Virus record (IMG/VR): IMGVR_UViG_3300008120_010307
Strand: one strand, 5' to 3'
Source of the DNA: an uncultured virus (IMG/VR IMGVR_UViG_3300008120_010307)
Taxonomy: Duplodnaviria > Heunggongvirae > Uroviricota > Caudoviricetes
DNA length: 64,000 nt
Part shown: positions 10,161 to 20,347 of the stretch, one piece after another
Position numbering within the stretch: the first letter of the stretch is position 1
Layout of the letters: every line of letters begins with the position of its first letter
Translations under genes and position numbers: made by a program
The notes under the pieces: generated by a model
Databases searched by the model: none
What the model saw: only the letters and a program-made list of their open reading frames with translations
What the model was told of the DNA's origin: nothing

Positions 10161-11086
10161 ATAAAAAAATCGCACTAATAAGTTCCTTTTGTGATACAAA
10201 TGAAAAGTTAGATGTTTTAAAAAAAAACATATCAATAGTCAAGTCCCAAGGCATTGATGTTTTGGTTATAAGTCCTTTTGTTATAGATAAGAAAATTACG
10301 GAAATGTGTGATTACTTTTTTATTACAAAAGATAATCCAATTTTAGATTGGCCTGAACGTTCGATGTTTTATTGGAGAATTCTAAGTAATAATAATTTTA
10401 GTTACAAATTATCTGTGACATACGCAGATTATGGTTTTGCGGGATTGTATCAAGTCAAACAATTGAGTGAGATTGCACTAACCTTAGGATATGAACAATT
10501 TTTTCATATGATTTATGATATTAAAATCACAGAGGACTTCAAAGAATTTTTTAATTCCGATAGAAAATGTTCAATTTTTCCTTCCAAAAGAGGTAATCAA
10601 ATTTGGCCTTTCGGATTACACTTTATGATATTTGATAGGTTAAACTTACAAAAATTTTGTTCTATGATTACTTTGAAAAATTATTTAAGTGTGGAAAACA
10701 GTGATGCTTTTTCTTGGTTAGAGGTATATCGGAAACAATTGAATTCTGATATAGAAAAAATACCAATAGAAGATGAAATATTTTATTACGAGAATAAGGA
10801 TTTTTTAAATTTTTCACCATTTGATTCCGTCAAGTTTTTTATAGAAAAAAATGATGAACAAGATGAAAATGTAAAATTATTTTTTTACGACATAACCAAT
10901 GAAATCGAAGTCAAAATTATTATAGATAATATAAAATATACCCGTAAAATTAATAACCTTGATTTAATTGATTTGGGATATAAGAAAAATGAAATAAAGA
11001 ATACTAGTATACAAATTGCTGATACAAATAAAAACATTACAGAGATAATAAAAAAAATTAAACATAACACACTTCAGAAATTATGA
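10157..11086 (+). CDS. hypothetical protein in glycan island
   Basis: 309-aa ORF coupled to both neighbours by ATGA overlaps. Confidence 0.5.
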   Translation: MNKKIALISSFCDTNEKLDVLKKNISIVKSQGIDVLVISPFVIDKKITEMCDYFFITKDNPILDWPERSMFYWRILSNNNFSYKLSVTYADYGFAGLYQVKQLSEIALTLGYEQFFHMIYDIKITEDFKEFFNSDRKCSIFPSKRGNQIWPFGLHFMIFDRLNLQKFCSMITLKNYLSVENSDAFSWLEVYRKQLNSDIEKIPIEDEIFYYENKDFLNFSPFDSVKFFIEKNDEQDENVKLFFYDITNEIEVKIIIDNIKYTRKINNLDLIDLGYKKNEIKNTSIQIADTNKNITEIIKKIKHNTLQKL

Positions 11087-11631
11087 TAGAAAATCTTCAT
11101 TTATGGTTAGCCGACAGAGGAACTTATTTTGACAGGAATGTCAATATAATTTCTTGGAGCGATGAGTATAAAGTTAGAGTTGGTAAATATTGTTCGATAG
11201 GTAGAGATTGTAATTTTTTCTTACACGCCAATCACCGACCTGATTGGATTACAACTAGCTCACAACTTTGGGGACCTGTTACTCCTGAGATAGCATCTCT
11301 TCACATGCAAATGGGTCATCCATCTTGTAAAGGGGATATTATTGTGAGTAATGATGTTTGGATTGGCGCTAAATCAACAATTATGTCAGGAGTGAAAATA
11401 GGGGATGGTGCCATAGTAGCTGCGGGTGCGTTGGTGACAAAAGATGTTGAACCATATTCCATAGTGGGTGGCAATCCTGCAAAATTATTAAAATACCGCT
11501 TCGATAAAAGTCAAATTGAAGAGTTACTGAAAATAGAATGGTGGTCTTGGGATGAAAGCAAAATCAAAGAGGAGGGAATGATTCTTTGGAGTTCCGATAT
11601 AAATTATTTCATTGAAAAACATAAAAAATGA
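11083..11631 (+). CDS. CatB/XAT-like hexapeptide O-acetyltransferase
   Basis: VGKYCSIG, NH, DVWIG, VGGNPAKLLKYRF and WWSW motifs. Confidence 0.85.
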   Translation: MIENLHLWLADRGTYFDRNVNIISWSDEYKVRVGKYCSIGRDCNFFLHANHRPDWITTSSQLWGPVTPEIASLHMQMGHPSCKGDIIVSNDVWIGAKSTIMSGVKIGDGAIVAAGALVTKDVEPYSIVGGNPAKLLKYRFDKSQIEELLKIEWWSWDESKIKEEGMILWSSDINYFIEKHKK

Positions 11632-12464
11632 TAAATGTTACTTATAATAAAGACGGTATACGAGTTGACTTTGGTGAAATAAGTAAGTTCAACAATAATT
11701 TACCTTTGAGGCTAAAAATAAAAAAACATGTCAGTGGAGAGACACAATGGGAAACAAATGTTCATGATTTTTGGTTTGCAACTTATCCAAACACTGAGAT
11801 GTTTGACGTAGAAATTTCTGACTCTTTTGGTCATATTTTGTATAGAAAAAATTGGGACGTCATAGAGCATGGTAACTATTTTTACAAGGCTTTATTTTTG
11901 TATAATAAAAAACTCATTTCTAATGGTATTTTTCCAAAAGGTTTGGTTATCGGTACACATGATGGGGAATTTGGTGAATGGGTACCAATTGCTTTGAGAA
12001 GAGAAGCTAAGATGTTTTTAGTTGAGGCTTCCGAAAAACAATTTAACAAGTTGAACTTAAATTACAATAATAATTCTTGTATAAAAACATTTAGACAATT
12101 GATTACTCCAAATGGGGGTGAAGTAAAATTCTATGAAGGGGGTCAAGGTTATACAAATAGTGTGGATGAAACTGTGATTAAAAATTGGGAAAAAGAAGAG
12201 ATAAATTGTACAGTCAGAGATTCTATGAGTATCAACGACTTCATTGAAAAAAATTGCGATGGTAAACTAGATTGGATTCACTTAGATGTCGAAGGATTGG
12301 ATGCAAATTTAATATTATCACTTCACCCTAAATTTCTAACAAATTTTATAATATTTGAAGATTATAATCTTGTGCCAGAGCAAAAAGAAATTCTTACCGA
12401 TTATCTAAAATCGAACGGGTATCTTTTACATTCCCACGAAGGAATTTGTTTAGCCTCAAAATAA
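11628..12464 (+). CDS. FkbM-like methyltransferase
   Basis: IGTHDG, VEAS, LDWIHLDVEGLD, IIFE. Confidence 0.65.
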   Translation: MINVTYNKDGIRVDFGEISKFNNNLPLRLKIKKHVSGETQWETNVHDFWFATYPNTEMFDVEISDSFGHILYRKNWDVIEHGNYFYKALFLYNKKLISNGIFPKGLVIGTHDGEFGEWVPIALRREAKMFLVEASEKQFNKLNLNYNNNSCIKTFRQLITPNGGEVKFYEGGQGYTNSVDETVIKNWEKEEINCTVRDSMSINDFIEKNCDGKLDWIHLDVEGLDANLILSLHPKFLTNFIIFEDYNLVPEQKEILTDYLKSNGYLLHSHEGICLASK

Positions 12465-12471
12465 TAGGAAT

Positions 12472-12900
12472 ATGAAAATTATATCACACCGAGGAAATTT
12501 ATTTGGTAATAAAGTGGACGAAGAGAACAAGAAATCAAGTGTGGTTAGAGCAATAGAATTAGGATTTGATGTTGAGATTGATTTTTGGCATACAGAAAAA
12601 GGTTTTTTTTTGGGTCACGATAGTCCTGAGGAATCTGTGACACTAGAATGGCTTTACGAAGTGAAAGATAATTTGTGGGTTCATTCAAAAAATTTAGATT
12701 CAATAAGAATTTTGAAACAAACAGAATTAAATTGGTTTTGGCACGAAAATGACAGAATGACAATTACGAGTAAAGGTTTTATTTGGTGTAATTACAACGT
12801 AATTGTCCCTGAGAGTATCATTGTTGAACTTGATTATAAAATACTCCCTGATACATTATATGGGGTCTGTACTGATAAACCATTAGAATATAGAAAATGA
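12472..12900 (+). CDS. glycerophosphodiester phosphodiesterase-like protein
   Basis: ISHRGN, EN, DVEID, LGHD, GVCTD. Confidence 0.7.
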   Translation: MKIISHRGNLFGNKVDEENKKSSVVRAIELGFDVEIDFWHTEKGFFLGHDSPEESVTLEWLYEVKDNLWVHSKNLDSIRILKQTELNWFWHENDRMTITSKGFIWCNYNVIVPESIIVELDYKILPDTLYGVCTDKPLEYRK

Positions 12901-14261
12901 TAAAACTCATAATTTTTGATTTGGATGGGGTTTTAGTCGAAACTAAACACATACATTTTCTAACTTTAAATAACGCCATAGAGTCAATTGGGGGTTCTAA
13001 TTTTATTATCTCAGAAAAGGAACATCTATCAATTTACGACGGTTTGAAAACCTATGAAAAACTAAAAATTCTCACCAAAGAAAAGGGTTTATCGGAAGAG
13101 TTTTATAAAGAAATTTGGGAACTAAAACAGAATTTGACTTTGAATTCTATCAGTAAACTTTCTCCAAACAATAGACTGATAGAAATAATGAAAAAACTTA
13201 GAGAAAAAAATTTTAAAATTGCATGTTGTTCTAATTCTATCCGTCGTTCTGTTCTTATCATGTTATCCAAGCTTGGATTGATTGAGTTCATGGATTTGAT
13301 TCTTTCTAACGAAGATGTTAAAAACGGTAAACCACATCCCGAAATTTATTGGTCTGCTATGAGTAGTATGGGTTTTTTACCTGACGAGACACTTATAATA
13401 GAGGATTCACCACACGGTTTGTTGGCTGCAAATAGAAGTAAAGCTCACGTACTCAGGGTCAACAATCCCGAGGATGTCACATACGAAAAAATTTTATCAA
13501 TTTTGGAAAAAAATATAGTTTACAAAAAACCTAAGTGGAAAGATAATAATTTGAACGTACTAATTCCTATGGCGGGAGCTGGTTCTAGATTCGAAAATGC
13601 GGGATATACCTTCCCAAAACCATTGATTGATGTGAATGGAGAGCCCATGATTAAAGTTATTGTCGAAAATTTGAATATTGATGCTAATTTTATTTATATC
13701 GTTCAGAGGAATCACAGGGAAAAATATAATCTTGATACCCTATTAAATTTGATAACGCCAAATTGTCAAATTGTTGAGGTTGATGGTGTTACACAAGGTG
13801 CCGCAGTGACCACTCTTTTGGCTAAGAGTTTAATAAATAATGAACGACCTCTTCTTATTTCAAACTCAGACCAATACATAGAGTGGAATTCAAATGAGTT
13901 TCTTTATAAAGTTTATGAAACTAAATTAGATGCTGCTATCCTTACTTTCAAATCCACCCATCCAAAATGGTCGTTCGTCAAATGTGATGAATTCGGATAT
14001 GTTACTGAGGTTGCAGAAAAAAAACCTATTTCAGACAAAGCAACTGTTGGGATTTACTATTGGTCGAAAGGAAGTGATTATGTAAGATATGCAGAACAAA
14101 TGATTACAAAAAACATAAGAACCAATAATGAATTTTATGTTTGTCCCGTCTTCAATGAGGCTATAGAGGATAAAAAAAGAATAAAGACCTATGATGTAGA
14201 AAAAATGTTCGGACTCGGTACTCCTGAAGATTTGAAGTTTTACTTAGAAAATTACAAATAA
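12897..14261 (+). CDS. HAD phosphatase fused to sugar-phosphate nucleotidyltransferase
   Basis: FDLDGVL..KPHPE..IEDS (HAD), then IPMAGAGSRF..PKPL..EKK..LGTPEDL (NTP transferase). Confidence 0.85.
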   Translation: MIKLIIFDLDGVLVETKHIHFLTLNNAIESIGGSNFIISEKEHLSIYDGLKTYEKLKILTKEKGLSEEFYKEIWELKQNLTLNSISKLSPNNRLIEIMKKLREKNFKIACCSNSIRRSVLIMLSKLGLIEFMDLILSNEDVKNGKPHPEIYWSAMSSMGFLPDETLIIEDSPHGLLAANRSKAHVLRVNNPEDVTYEKILSILEKNIVYKKPKWKDNNLNVLIPMAGAGSRFENAGYTFPKPLIDVNGEPMIKVIVENLNIDANFIYIVQRNHREKYNLDTLLNLITPNCQIVEVDGVTQGAAVTTLLAKSLINNERPLLISNSDQYIEWNSNEFLYKVYETKLDAAILTFKSTHPKWSFVKCDEFGYVTEVAEKKPISDKATVGIYYWSKGSDYVRYAEQMITKNIRTNNEFYVCPVFNEAIEDKKRIKTYDVEKMFGLGTPEDLKFYLENYK

Positions 14262-14263
14262 AA

Positions 14264-14449
14264 TTATTTAGAAGTTTTTTTCAAACTTTCTTTTTCTTTT
14301 CCATTATAAAGTTTCATCAGTCTGAGTGAATCTTTGTAATGCTTTTCAAGCCTATCTAACTCTTCAATAGGTGTATTACTCTCGCAGGCTAAATTATATT
14401 GTTCTTCGGCCTCTTGAATAATTTTCTTTATTGTCTTCAATAATTTCAT
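14264..14449 (-). CDS. small hypothetical protein (likely start at MKLLKTIKKIIQE)
   Basis: In-frame ATG at 14449 preceded by TATTTATAAGT on the minus strand. Confidence 0.55.
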   Translation of the reverse strand: MKLLKTIKKIIQEAEEQYNLACESNTPIEELDRLEKHYKDSLRLMKLYNGKEKESLKKTSK

Positions 14450-14557
14450 ACTTATAAATATTATCAAACCCTTCCTTTATTTAAATGTTTATGAAATTAT
14501 ATTTTAAATGTATAAAATCCTCAATCGGGTTATTTATTGTATAAATAGAATTTTTTA

Positions 14558-17500
14558 ATGGGTGTATTTTCCGCACTTTATGACCTTTCTTTGACTACTG
14601 GCTCAATAACCGGTATTACACCCTCATTGTATAGCAATCTTGTTGGTAGTTTTCCAATTGGTCCTAGTGAATCAGGAAATTATGTTTCTGGAGATACTGA
14701 AAACTTTTCAGGTATTGTAGAAGTAGGATGGACTGGTGTAACCGACAGTTTTCCTTATTTGGAATTATATATTGATAATAGTTTAAACCAACAACTCAGT
14801 TGGACGGGAGATGGTATATACGATTTTACAACTATAAATGTTACAACATCAAACGATGTTGAGATTGTTGCTAAAAACATCATACCTCCTACGTCCACAC
14901 TTTCACCCACACCATCACCGACACCTATTTCTTGTGTAAACATTGTGGCTACTGAAATTTCTCCCATTCCACAATCAGGAATTTATAATTATTTTGGTGT
15001 AAACGTTGCTTTGAATCCTTGGCCTGTTGACGAAAGTATCACAGTCAGTGGAACAATCAGCACCGACACAAATACTTCTGATTGGACTTTGACTATAGGG
15101 TCAGGTTCTCAATCGGCAGAAACCTCAAATACTTTCATTCAGGGAAGTCCCACGTCAAGTGCTAACATCACAGTAACTGGGGTCACACCTACCCAAGTTA
15201 CTTTCGAGGGTAATCCGTACTATATTTGTGGATTTGAACCTGAACCATCGGCGACTCCGACAGAGACACCAACTCAAACTCCATCAGAAACTCCTACCAA
15301 CACGCCTACTATTACAGAAAGTCCTACTGAAACACCAACACAAACTCCAACAACTACCACCACTTTGACCGAAAGTCCTACTAACACACCTTCAACAACA
15401 CCCACAATTACTGAGAAACCCACGGAAACACCCACCGAGACACCAACTCAAACGCCATCAGAAACACCAACACAAACTCCAACAACCACTACCACTTTGA
15501 CCGAAAGTCCTACTAACACACCTTCAACAACACCTACAACCACCGAGACACCAACTGAAACACCAACGCAGACTCCAACAAACACCGCATCAAATAGTCC
15601 GACACCCTCAACAACAGCTACAGTGGGAGGAACACCAACTGCAACTGAAACGCCAACTCAAACGCCTACAGAAACTCCAACTGAAACACCTACAAATACA
15701 CCCACAAACACAGAAACTCCAACTAATACACCCACAAATACAGAAACTCCCACTAATACACCCACAAATACAGAAACACCAACACCTACCCCAACAGACC
15801 CAGACCCTCCAATTCCAGCTCCAACAGACACGCCAACTGAAACGCCTACAGAAACTCCAACTGAAACACCTACTACAACTGAGACACCAACGACCACACC
15901 TACATTTGATTTGTCTCCAACTCCAACTAATACAGAAACACCAACCCCAACACCTACCCCATCAACTCCTTGTAATTGTACATTCTTTGATGTTACGATT
16001 GCTCAGGCGGATTTAGATGATGCGACAGGTAATACACCATCATCTTTGAACAACACAATTTTCGTTGATTATTATGATTGTTACAACGTATTGAACACGT
16101 TGAGTTATGTCGATGCGGGTACTTTTAATAATTCTTTTTGTGCGAATTATGTTCAGGCAACATATTATTATAAAAACAATACAGCGCTCTTTCCTGTATC
16201 GTCCTTTGATACGGACACATTTGTTGATTGTTGTATTACACCTACTCCAACTACTACTCCCACTGAAACACCATCACAAACACCTACCGTTGATACCTCA
16301 GCAACACCAACTACTACAGAGACTCCAACACCTACCCCAACCACCACAGAAACCCCGACAAATACACCTACTGTTGATACATCGGCAACTCCGACCACTA
16401 CAGAGACGCCAACACAAACTCCAACCCCTTCAACTCCCTGTAATTGCACATATTTCGATGTTACAATAGCTCAGGCCGACTTGGACGATGCTACAGGTAA
16501 TACACCTTCGAGTCTCAATAATACCGTGTTTATCGATTACTACGATTGTTATAATGTTCTCAATACTGCAAGTTTTGCGTATGCGGGAACATTTAACAAT
16601 TCATTCTGTGCAAATTATGTTCAAGCAACATACTATTACAAAAACAACATAACACTCCTTCCTGTAAGTTCTTACGGGACGGACACATTTGTTGATTGTT
16701 GTGTTACTCCGACACCAACTACCACCCCAACAGAAACGCCAACGGAAACTCCAACTAATACACAAACACCAACAACCACTTCAACTATAGGAGCATCGCC
16801 CACAGCTACTGAAACACCCACCTCAACACCACCTTCTAGTCCTACTCCAACTCAGACCCAAACCCCAAATACTACTCCAACTCAAACACCGACACCCACA
16901 AGTACCCCTTTGAATGTTGTCCAATTTCAAGATTGTGATAATTTAGAATTTATCTTTAGATTCGGTGGTCCATCAATGATGGCATTACCCTTGGATGAAA
17001 CATATTACATCTCAGGAAGTTTGGAGTTTTCGGGATGTGCTACAGTGGTTTCTGGATTTGAGACAGGACCAATCTATAATTCGAATGGTGTTACATTTAC
17101 TAATATTGCGGGATGTGAAGCAGATGTTTGTCCGAGAACTAATTGGAGGGCGGCTCTTTTAACTAGATGTTCAGATGGGGCTGTATTATATGCCACTGTG
17201 GATGAGGATGTTGCTTTCGATGGGGCGGCCTACATCTACCAAGAGGAATGTTATGAGTTTATTGAATTTTCAGGACCTGGTGGACCATATTTTGGGGAGC
17301 CTGATTTCAAGAGTTGTTTCTATTGTAAAACTACACCAACCCCCACAATTACATCAGCAACACCAACTATTACCCCCACACCTTCTCCAACTCCATCGGG
17401 TTGTACTAGCACTGATTTTTGTCTTCAAACTAATTTACCATCACTCAGTGCATACACTGGAAACTACAGTGAAGGTTCATTTTTTAACAACAGACCAACA

Positions 17501-19423
17501 TACTCTGGTGATGGTTTAACAACCGCCGTAATTTATTATTTTACATCCTCAACAGAAAATTATTGGTGTCTTTCTGAAACTTTGGGAGGAGCCTGTATAT
17601 TACAAGGTGCAACACCTTTATACTCTAGTTGTCCTGATATATCTGCGAATTTTTTCAACTCAGGTCCGTGTCCAACCCCAACTCCATCTCCATCGGCATG
17701 TACAATTGATTTTGTTGCGTATTTTGATTGTGATTGGGAACCTGTACCAACCCCATCGCCTAGTATAGATTGTGATGATGTTGATTTTACATTTACAGGA
17801 TTTGGACTTACACCTACACCTTCAGCAACGGTTGGTTGTTCAGGAAAAAGTGTCTTGTTCAGTGTTTTACAATCTACACCTACGGCCACACCATCACCTA
17901 CTCCAACCAAAACTCCCGTTGCATCACCTATTCCAGCTGGTGGGTTGGTGAGTTTTAACATAGTGAACTCCCCGTTTAATTGCGTGAATGTCAAGATATT
18001 GGAAAATTGTTCAACAGGAGAAAGATATTATACCGCAAGTGATTTGGTGGTCGGAAATAACGTTGTGGTACCAGGCACTGTGATTTATGCCACTCTGAAC
18101 GGTAATCCAATGTGTGTAACCTACGTGGGTGATACAGAGACATTATCTCCTAACACAATAGTAACTGATATTCAAAATGTGTTTGGTAATTGTTCATTCT
18201 GTTTACCAACACAAACAGCAACAATTACTCCGACTCCGACTAAAACACCTACTGCCACTCAAACACCTACTCAAACTCAGACATCCACTCAAACACCTAC
18301 TCAAACTCCGACGAGAACACCACAAATTACACCAAGTCCAACTCAATCAATTGGAGCAACACCTGAACCCACTCCCACTCAAACACCGACCATGACCAAA
18401 ACACCTACTAACACCCCATCTATTACACCATCTAATACACCTACACCAAGTTGTGCGGCATGTATAAACTATTTGGTTTTGATTGACGATGGTTCACCTA
18501 ATTATAATCAATATTCATTTGAGTATTTCAGTTGTGATGGTACGTTGGAAACAACATTATTGGCTAACCAAGCTAAAAATGCGGTTTGTGCAGTTGAGGG
18601 TACCTTGGTTTGCACCGAATTGGTTCCACCGCCATTTATTGCGAGTCAAAGGGGATTCTGTGGTAACATTTGTACACCACCACCAACACCATCTGCAACA
18701 CCAACTATTTATTATGTTTTCAAACAATGTGACCAAATAGACAGTGCCACAATTGTTTTCCAAACGTCACCACTTCAGTTCCCAATTACACTGAATAAAA
18801 CTTTCAGACAAGGAAATTATTGTTGGGAATATTTGGGTATTGTGACAACACCATATTCAAATCCTGGTACTACACAAATAATTTGGACAGGTAACTATTT
18901 CGCAGGATTCGGACAAGTACAATACAATGATTGTACAACATGTTTATCACAGACAGTTCCTGTAACGTTCCAATGGTCAGTGGAGGAATCAATAGATTTA
19001 ATTATACCAAGCGGTAATACAACAAACTTGAATAGTCCCAACTATGGAACTAAGTTTACCACAGGTGACCCTAACTTCAATTTCGAATTGTTCCCTGACT
19101 CAGAGGTGATTGCTGGAGGTGGAGTAGTTTCGAAACTTGTAAACATACCAATATCAGGCGGGACTTTTTATCAGTATGATTTTATAGATTTAGGTGTAAT
19201 AATTTCAGCGAGTACACCTTACTTAGTATTCAACGTGAACACTTACATAAACAACGTATTTATTGGTACTAAAGTAGAATTTAGACCAAACAATTTATCG
19301 ATTCCAAATGGTGAGATTTTAACATCAGTATTGTCTGATATAAATTGTATATCAGTACCTTGTCCTAAAGATTTGAGTGCGGGTGACATAATATATTTCG
19401 AAATAACTTATCCACAATCATAA
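14558..19423 (+). CDS. large Thr/Pro-rich, Cys-rich putative virion surface protein
   Basis: 1621 aa; long TPTETPT mucin-like tracts separate Cys-containing modules; contains an internal 88-aa duplication. Confidence 0.7.
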   Translation: MGVFSALYDLSLTTGSITGITPSLYSNLVGSFPIGPSESGNYVSGDTENFSGIVEVGWTGVTDSFPYLELYIDNSLNQQLSWTGDGIYDFTTINVTTSNDVEIVAKNIIPPTSTLSPTPSPTPISCVNIVATEISPIPQSGIYNYFGVNVALNPWPVDESITVSGTISTDTNTSDWTLTIGSGSQSAETSNTFIQGSPTSSANITVTGVTPTQVTFEGNPYYICGFEPEPSATPTETPTQTPSETPTNTPTITESPTETPTQTPTTTTTLTESPTNTPSTTPTITEKPTETPTETPTQTPSETPTQTPTTTTTLTESPTNTPSTTPTTTETPTETPTQTPTNTASNSPTPSTTATVGGTPTATETPTQTPTETPTETPTNTPTNTETPTNTPTNTETPTNTPTNTETPTPTPTDPDPPIPAPTDTPTETPTETPTETPTTTETPTTTPTFDLSPTPTNTETPTPTPTPSTPCNCTFFDVTIAQADLDDATGNTPSSLNNTIFVDYYDCYNVLNTLSYVDAGTFNNSFCANYVQATYYYKNNTALFPVSSFDTDTFVDCCITPTPTTTPTETPSQTPTVDTSATPTTTETPTPTPTTTETPTNTPTVDTSATPTTTETPTQTPTPSTPCNCTYFDVTIAQADLDDATGNTPSSLNNTVFIDYYDCYNVLNTASFAYAGTFNNSFCANYVQATYYYKNNITLLPVSSYGTDTFVDCCVTPTPTTTPTETPTETPTNTQTPTTTSTIGASPTATETPTSTPPSSPTPTQTQTPNTTPTQTPTPTSTPLNVVQFQDCDNLEFIFRFGGPSMMALPLDETYYISGSLEFSGCATVVSGFETGPIYNSNGVTFTNIAGCEADVCPRTNWRAALLTRCSDGAVLYATVDEDVAFDGAAYIYQEECYEFIEFSGPGGPYFGEPDFKSCFYCKTTPTPTITSATPTITPTPSPTPSGCTSTDFCLQTNLPSLSAYTGNYSEGSFFNNRPTYSGDGLTTAVIYYFTSSTENYWCLSETLGGACILQGATPLYSSCPDISANFFNSGPCPTPTPSPSACTIDFVAYFDCDWEPVPTPSPSIDCDDVDFTFTGFGLTPTPSATVGCSGKSVLFSVLQSTPTATPSPTPTKTPVASPIPAGGLVSFNIVNSPFNCVNVKILENCSTGERYYTASDLVVGNNVVVPGTVIYATLNGNPMCVTYVGDTETLSPNTIVTDIQNVFGNCSFCLPTQTATITPTPTKTPTATQTPTQTQTSTQTPTQTPTRTPQITPSPTQSIGATPEPTPTQTPTMTKTPTNTPSITPSNTPTPSCAACINYLVLIDDGSPNYNQYSFEYFSCDGTLETTLLANQAKNAVCAVEGTLVCTELVPPPFIASQRGFCGNICTPPPTPSATPTIYYVFKQCDQIDSATIVFQTSPLQFPITLNKTFRQGNYCWEYLGIVTTPYSNPGTTQIIWTGNYFAGFGQVQYNDCTTCLSQTVPVTFQWSVEESIDLIIPSGNTTNLNSPNYGTKFTTGDPNFNFELFPDSEVIAGGGVVSKLVNIPISGGTFYQYDFIDLGVIISASTPYLVFNVNTYINNVFIGTKVEFRPNNLSIPNGEILTSVLSDINCISVPCPKDLSAGDIIYFEITYPQS
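15971..16702 (+). repeat. duplicated 88-codon module (15971-16234 and 16439-16702)
   Basis: CNCT.FDVTIAQADLDDATGNTPSSLNNT...TDTFVDCC occurs twice, 468 nt apart. Confidence 0.9.
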
Positions 19424-19424
19424 T

Positions 19425-19637
19425 ATGTCAAAACTTATTTCAATAGATGCGGTTACAGGTACCTCTCCATATGATGTCTACATATGTGATGAACTCGGTA
19501 CAAATTGTTTCTATATAACAGAAACATCAACAATACCTTTCACTTTTGAAATACCAAAACCTTACGACGAACTTACTGTTTATATGTTAAAATTAGTCGA
19601 TGCTCAAGGTTGCCAAATAATCAATACTGCAGAATGA
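19425..19637 (+). CDS. small putative structural protein, paralogous to the N-terminus of the next gene
   Basis: [10 protein letters not shown]...[10 protein letters not shown]...KLVDAQGC. Confidence 0.6.
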   Translation: MSKLISIDAVTGTSPYDVYICDELGTNCFYITETSTIPFTFEIPKPYDELTVYMLKLVDAQGCQIINTAE

Positions 19638-20290
19638 GTGAACAAATAACCATAAAATCTTTAACTGCTAACACCCCCGTAGACATTTATTATTGTGACG
19701 CAATGAGTGCCTCATGTGTGTACGTCTCAACAGTTGCGACTTTTCCATTTGTTTTTGATGTTCCAGTGCCTTATTGTGACTCTGATTTCATAATAAAAAT
19801 TGTTGATACTCAGGGTTGTGAGTTAGGTTTACCATTTCCGATTACTCCCACACCTACACCGAGTTTTACTCCAACACCAACCATAAGCCCAACTCAAACT
19901 CTAACTCAAACACAAACACCCACGGTTTCACCAACACAATCACCGAGTAATACTCCAACTTTAACATCTACTCCCACCCAAACACCTACTATTTCTGTGA
20001 CACCAAACATCGCCTCACATGCTGTGGGTCAGGGTTGTACAGATAGAACGTGGCCTTCATCAGGTGAATGTTGTAACGACCATGTAACAATTCAAAATTA
20101 TTATACTTATATTGCCGAAGCTAACTTAGTACCTGTTGTAGGTGCTAAAGTTTATACAGTACAAAATAATTCTGTTCTTTATTCACCGTTCAATGGTGGA
20201 AGTAATTGGTTACTTATGGAGTTCAATGGAAACAACTATTCAGTCCAAATTGATTCTTCAGGAATTATCTTGGATTATGGTTTATGTTGA
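19634..20290 (+). CDS. Thr/Pro-linker putative structural protein
   Basis: ATG at 19634 overlaps the upstream stop (ATGA); [10 protein letters not shown]...[10 protein letters not shown]...KIVDTQGC followed by TPTPT repeats. Confidence 0.6.
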   Translation: MSEQITIKSLTANTPVDIYYCDAMSASCVYVSTVATFPFVFDVPVPYCDSDFIIKIVDTQGCELGLPFPITPTPTPSFTPTPTISPTQTLTQTQTPTVSPTQSPSNTPTLTSTPTQTPTISVTPNIASHAVGQGCTDRTWPSSGECCNDHVTIQNYYTYIAEANLVPVVGAKVYTVQNNSVLYSPFNGGSNWLLMEFNGNNYSVQIDSSGIILDYGLC

Positions 20291-20347
20291 TTTTAGATTT
20301 ATAAAATAATTCTAATCCTTATAATTATAGGATATACATTAGTTTAA

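Noticed and set aside
11083..11631. Antibiotic resistance gene (catB/vat)
   Set aside because: The family is broad and the gene is coupled within a glycan-modification operon; resistance cannot be supported from the sequence.
15971..16702. Possible DGR template/variable repeat pair
   Set aside because: The differences are not adenine-specific and are largely synonymous, both copies lie in one ORF, and no reverse transcriptase is in the window.
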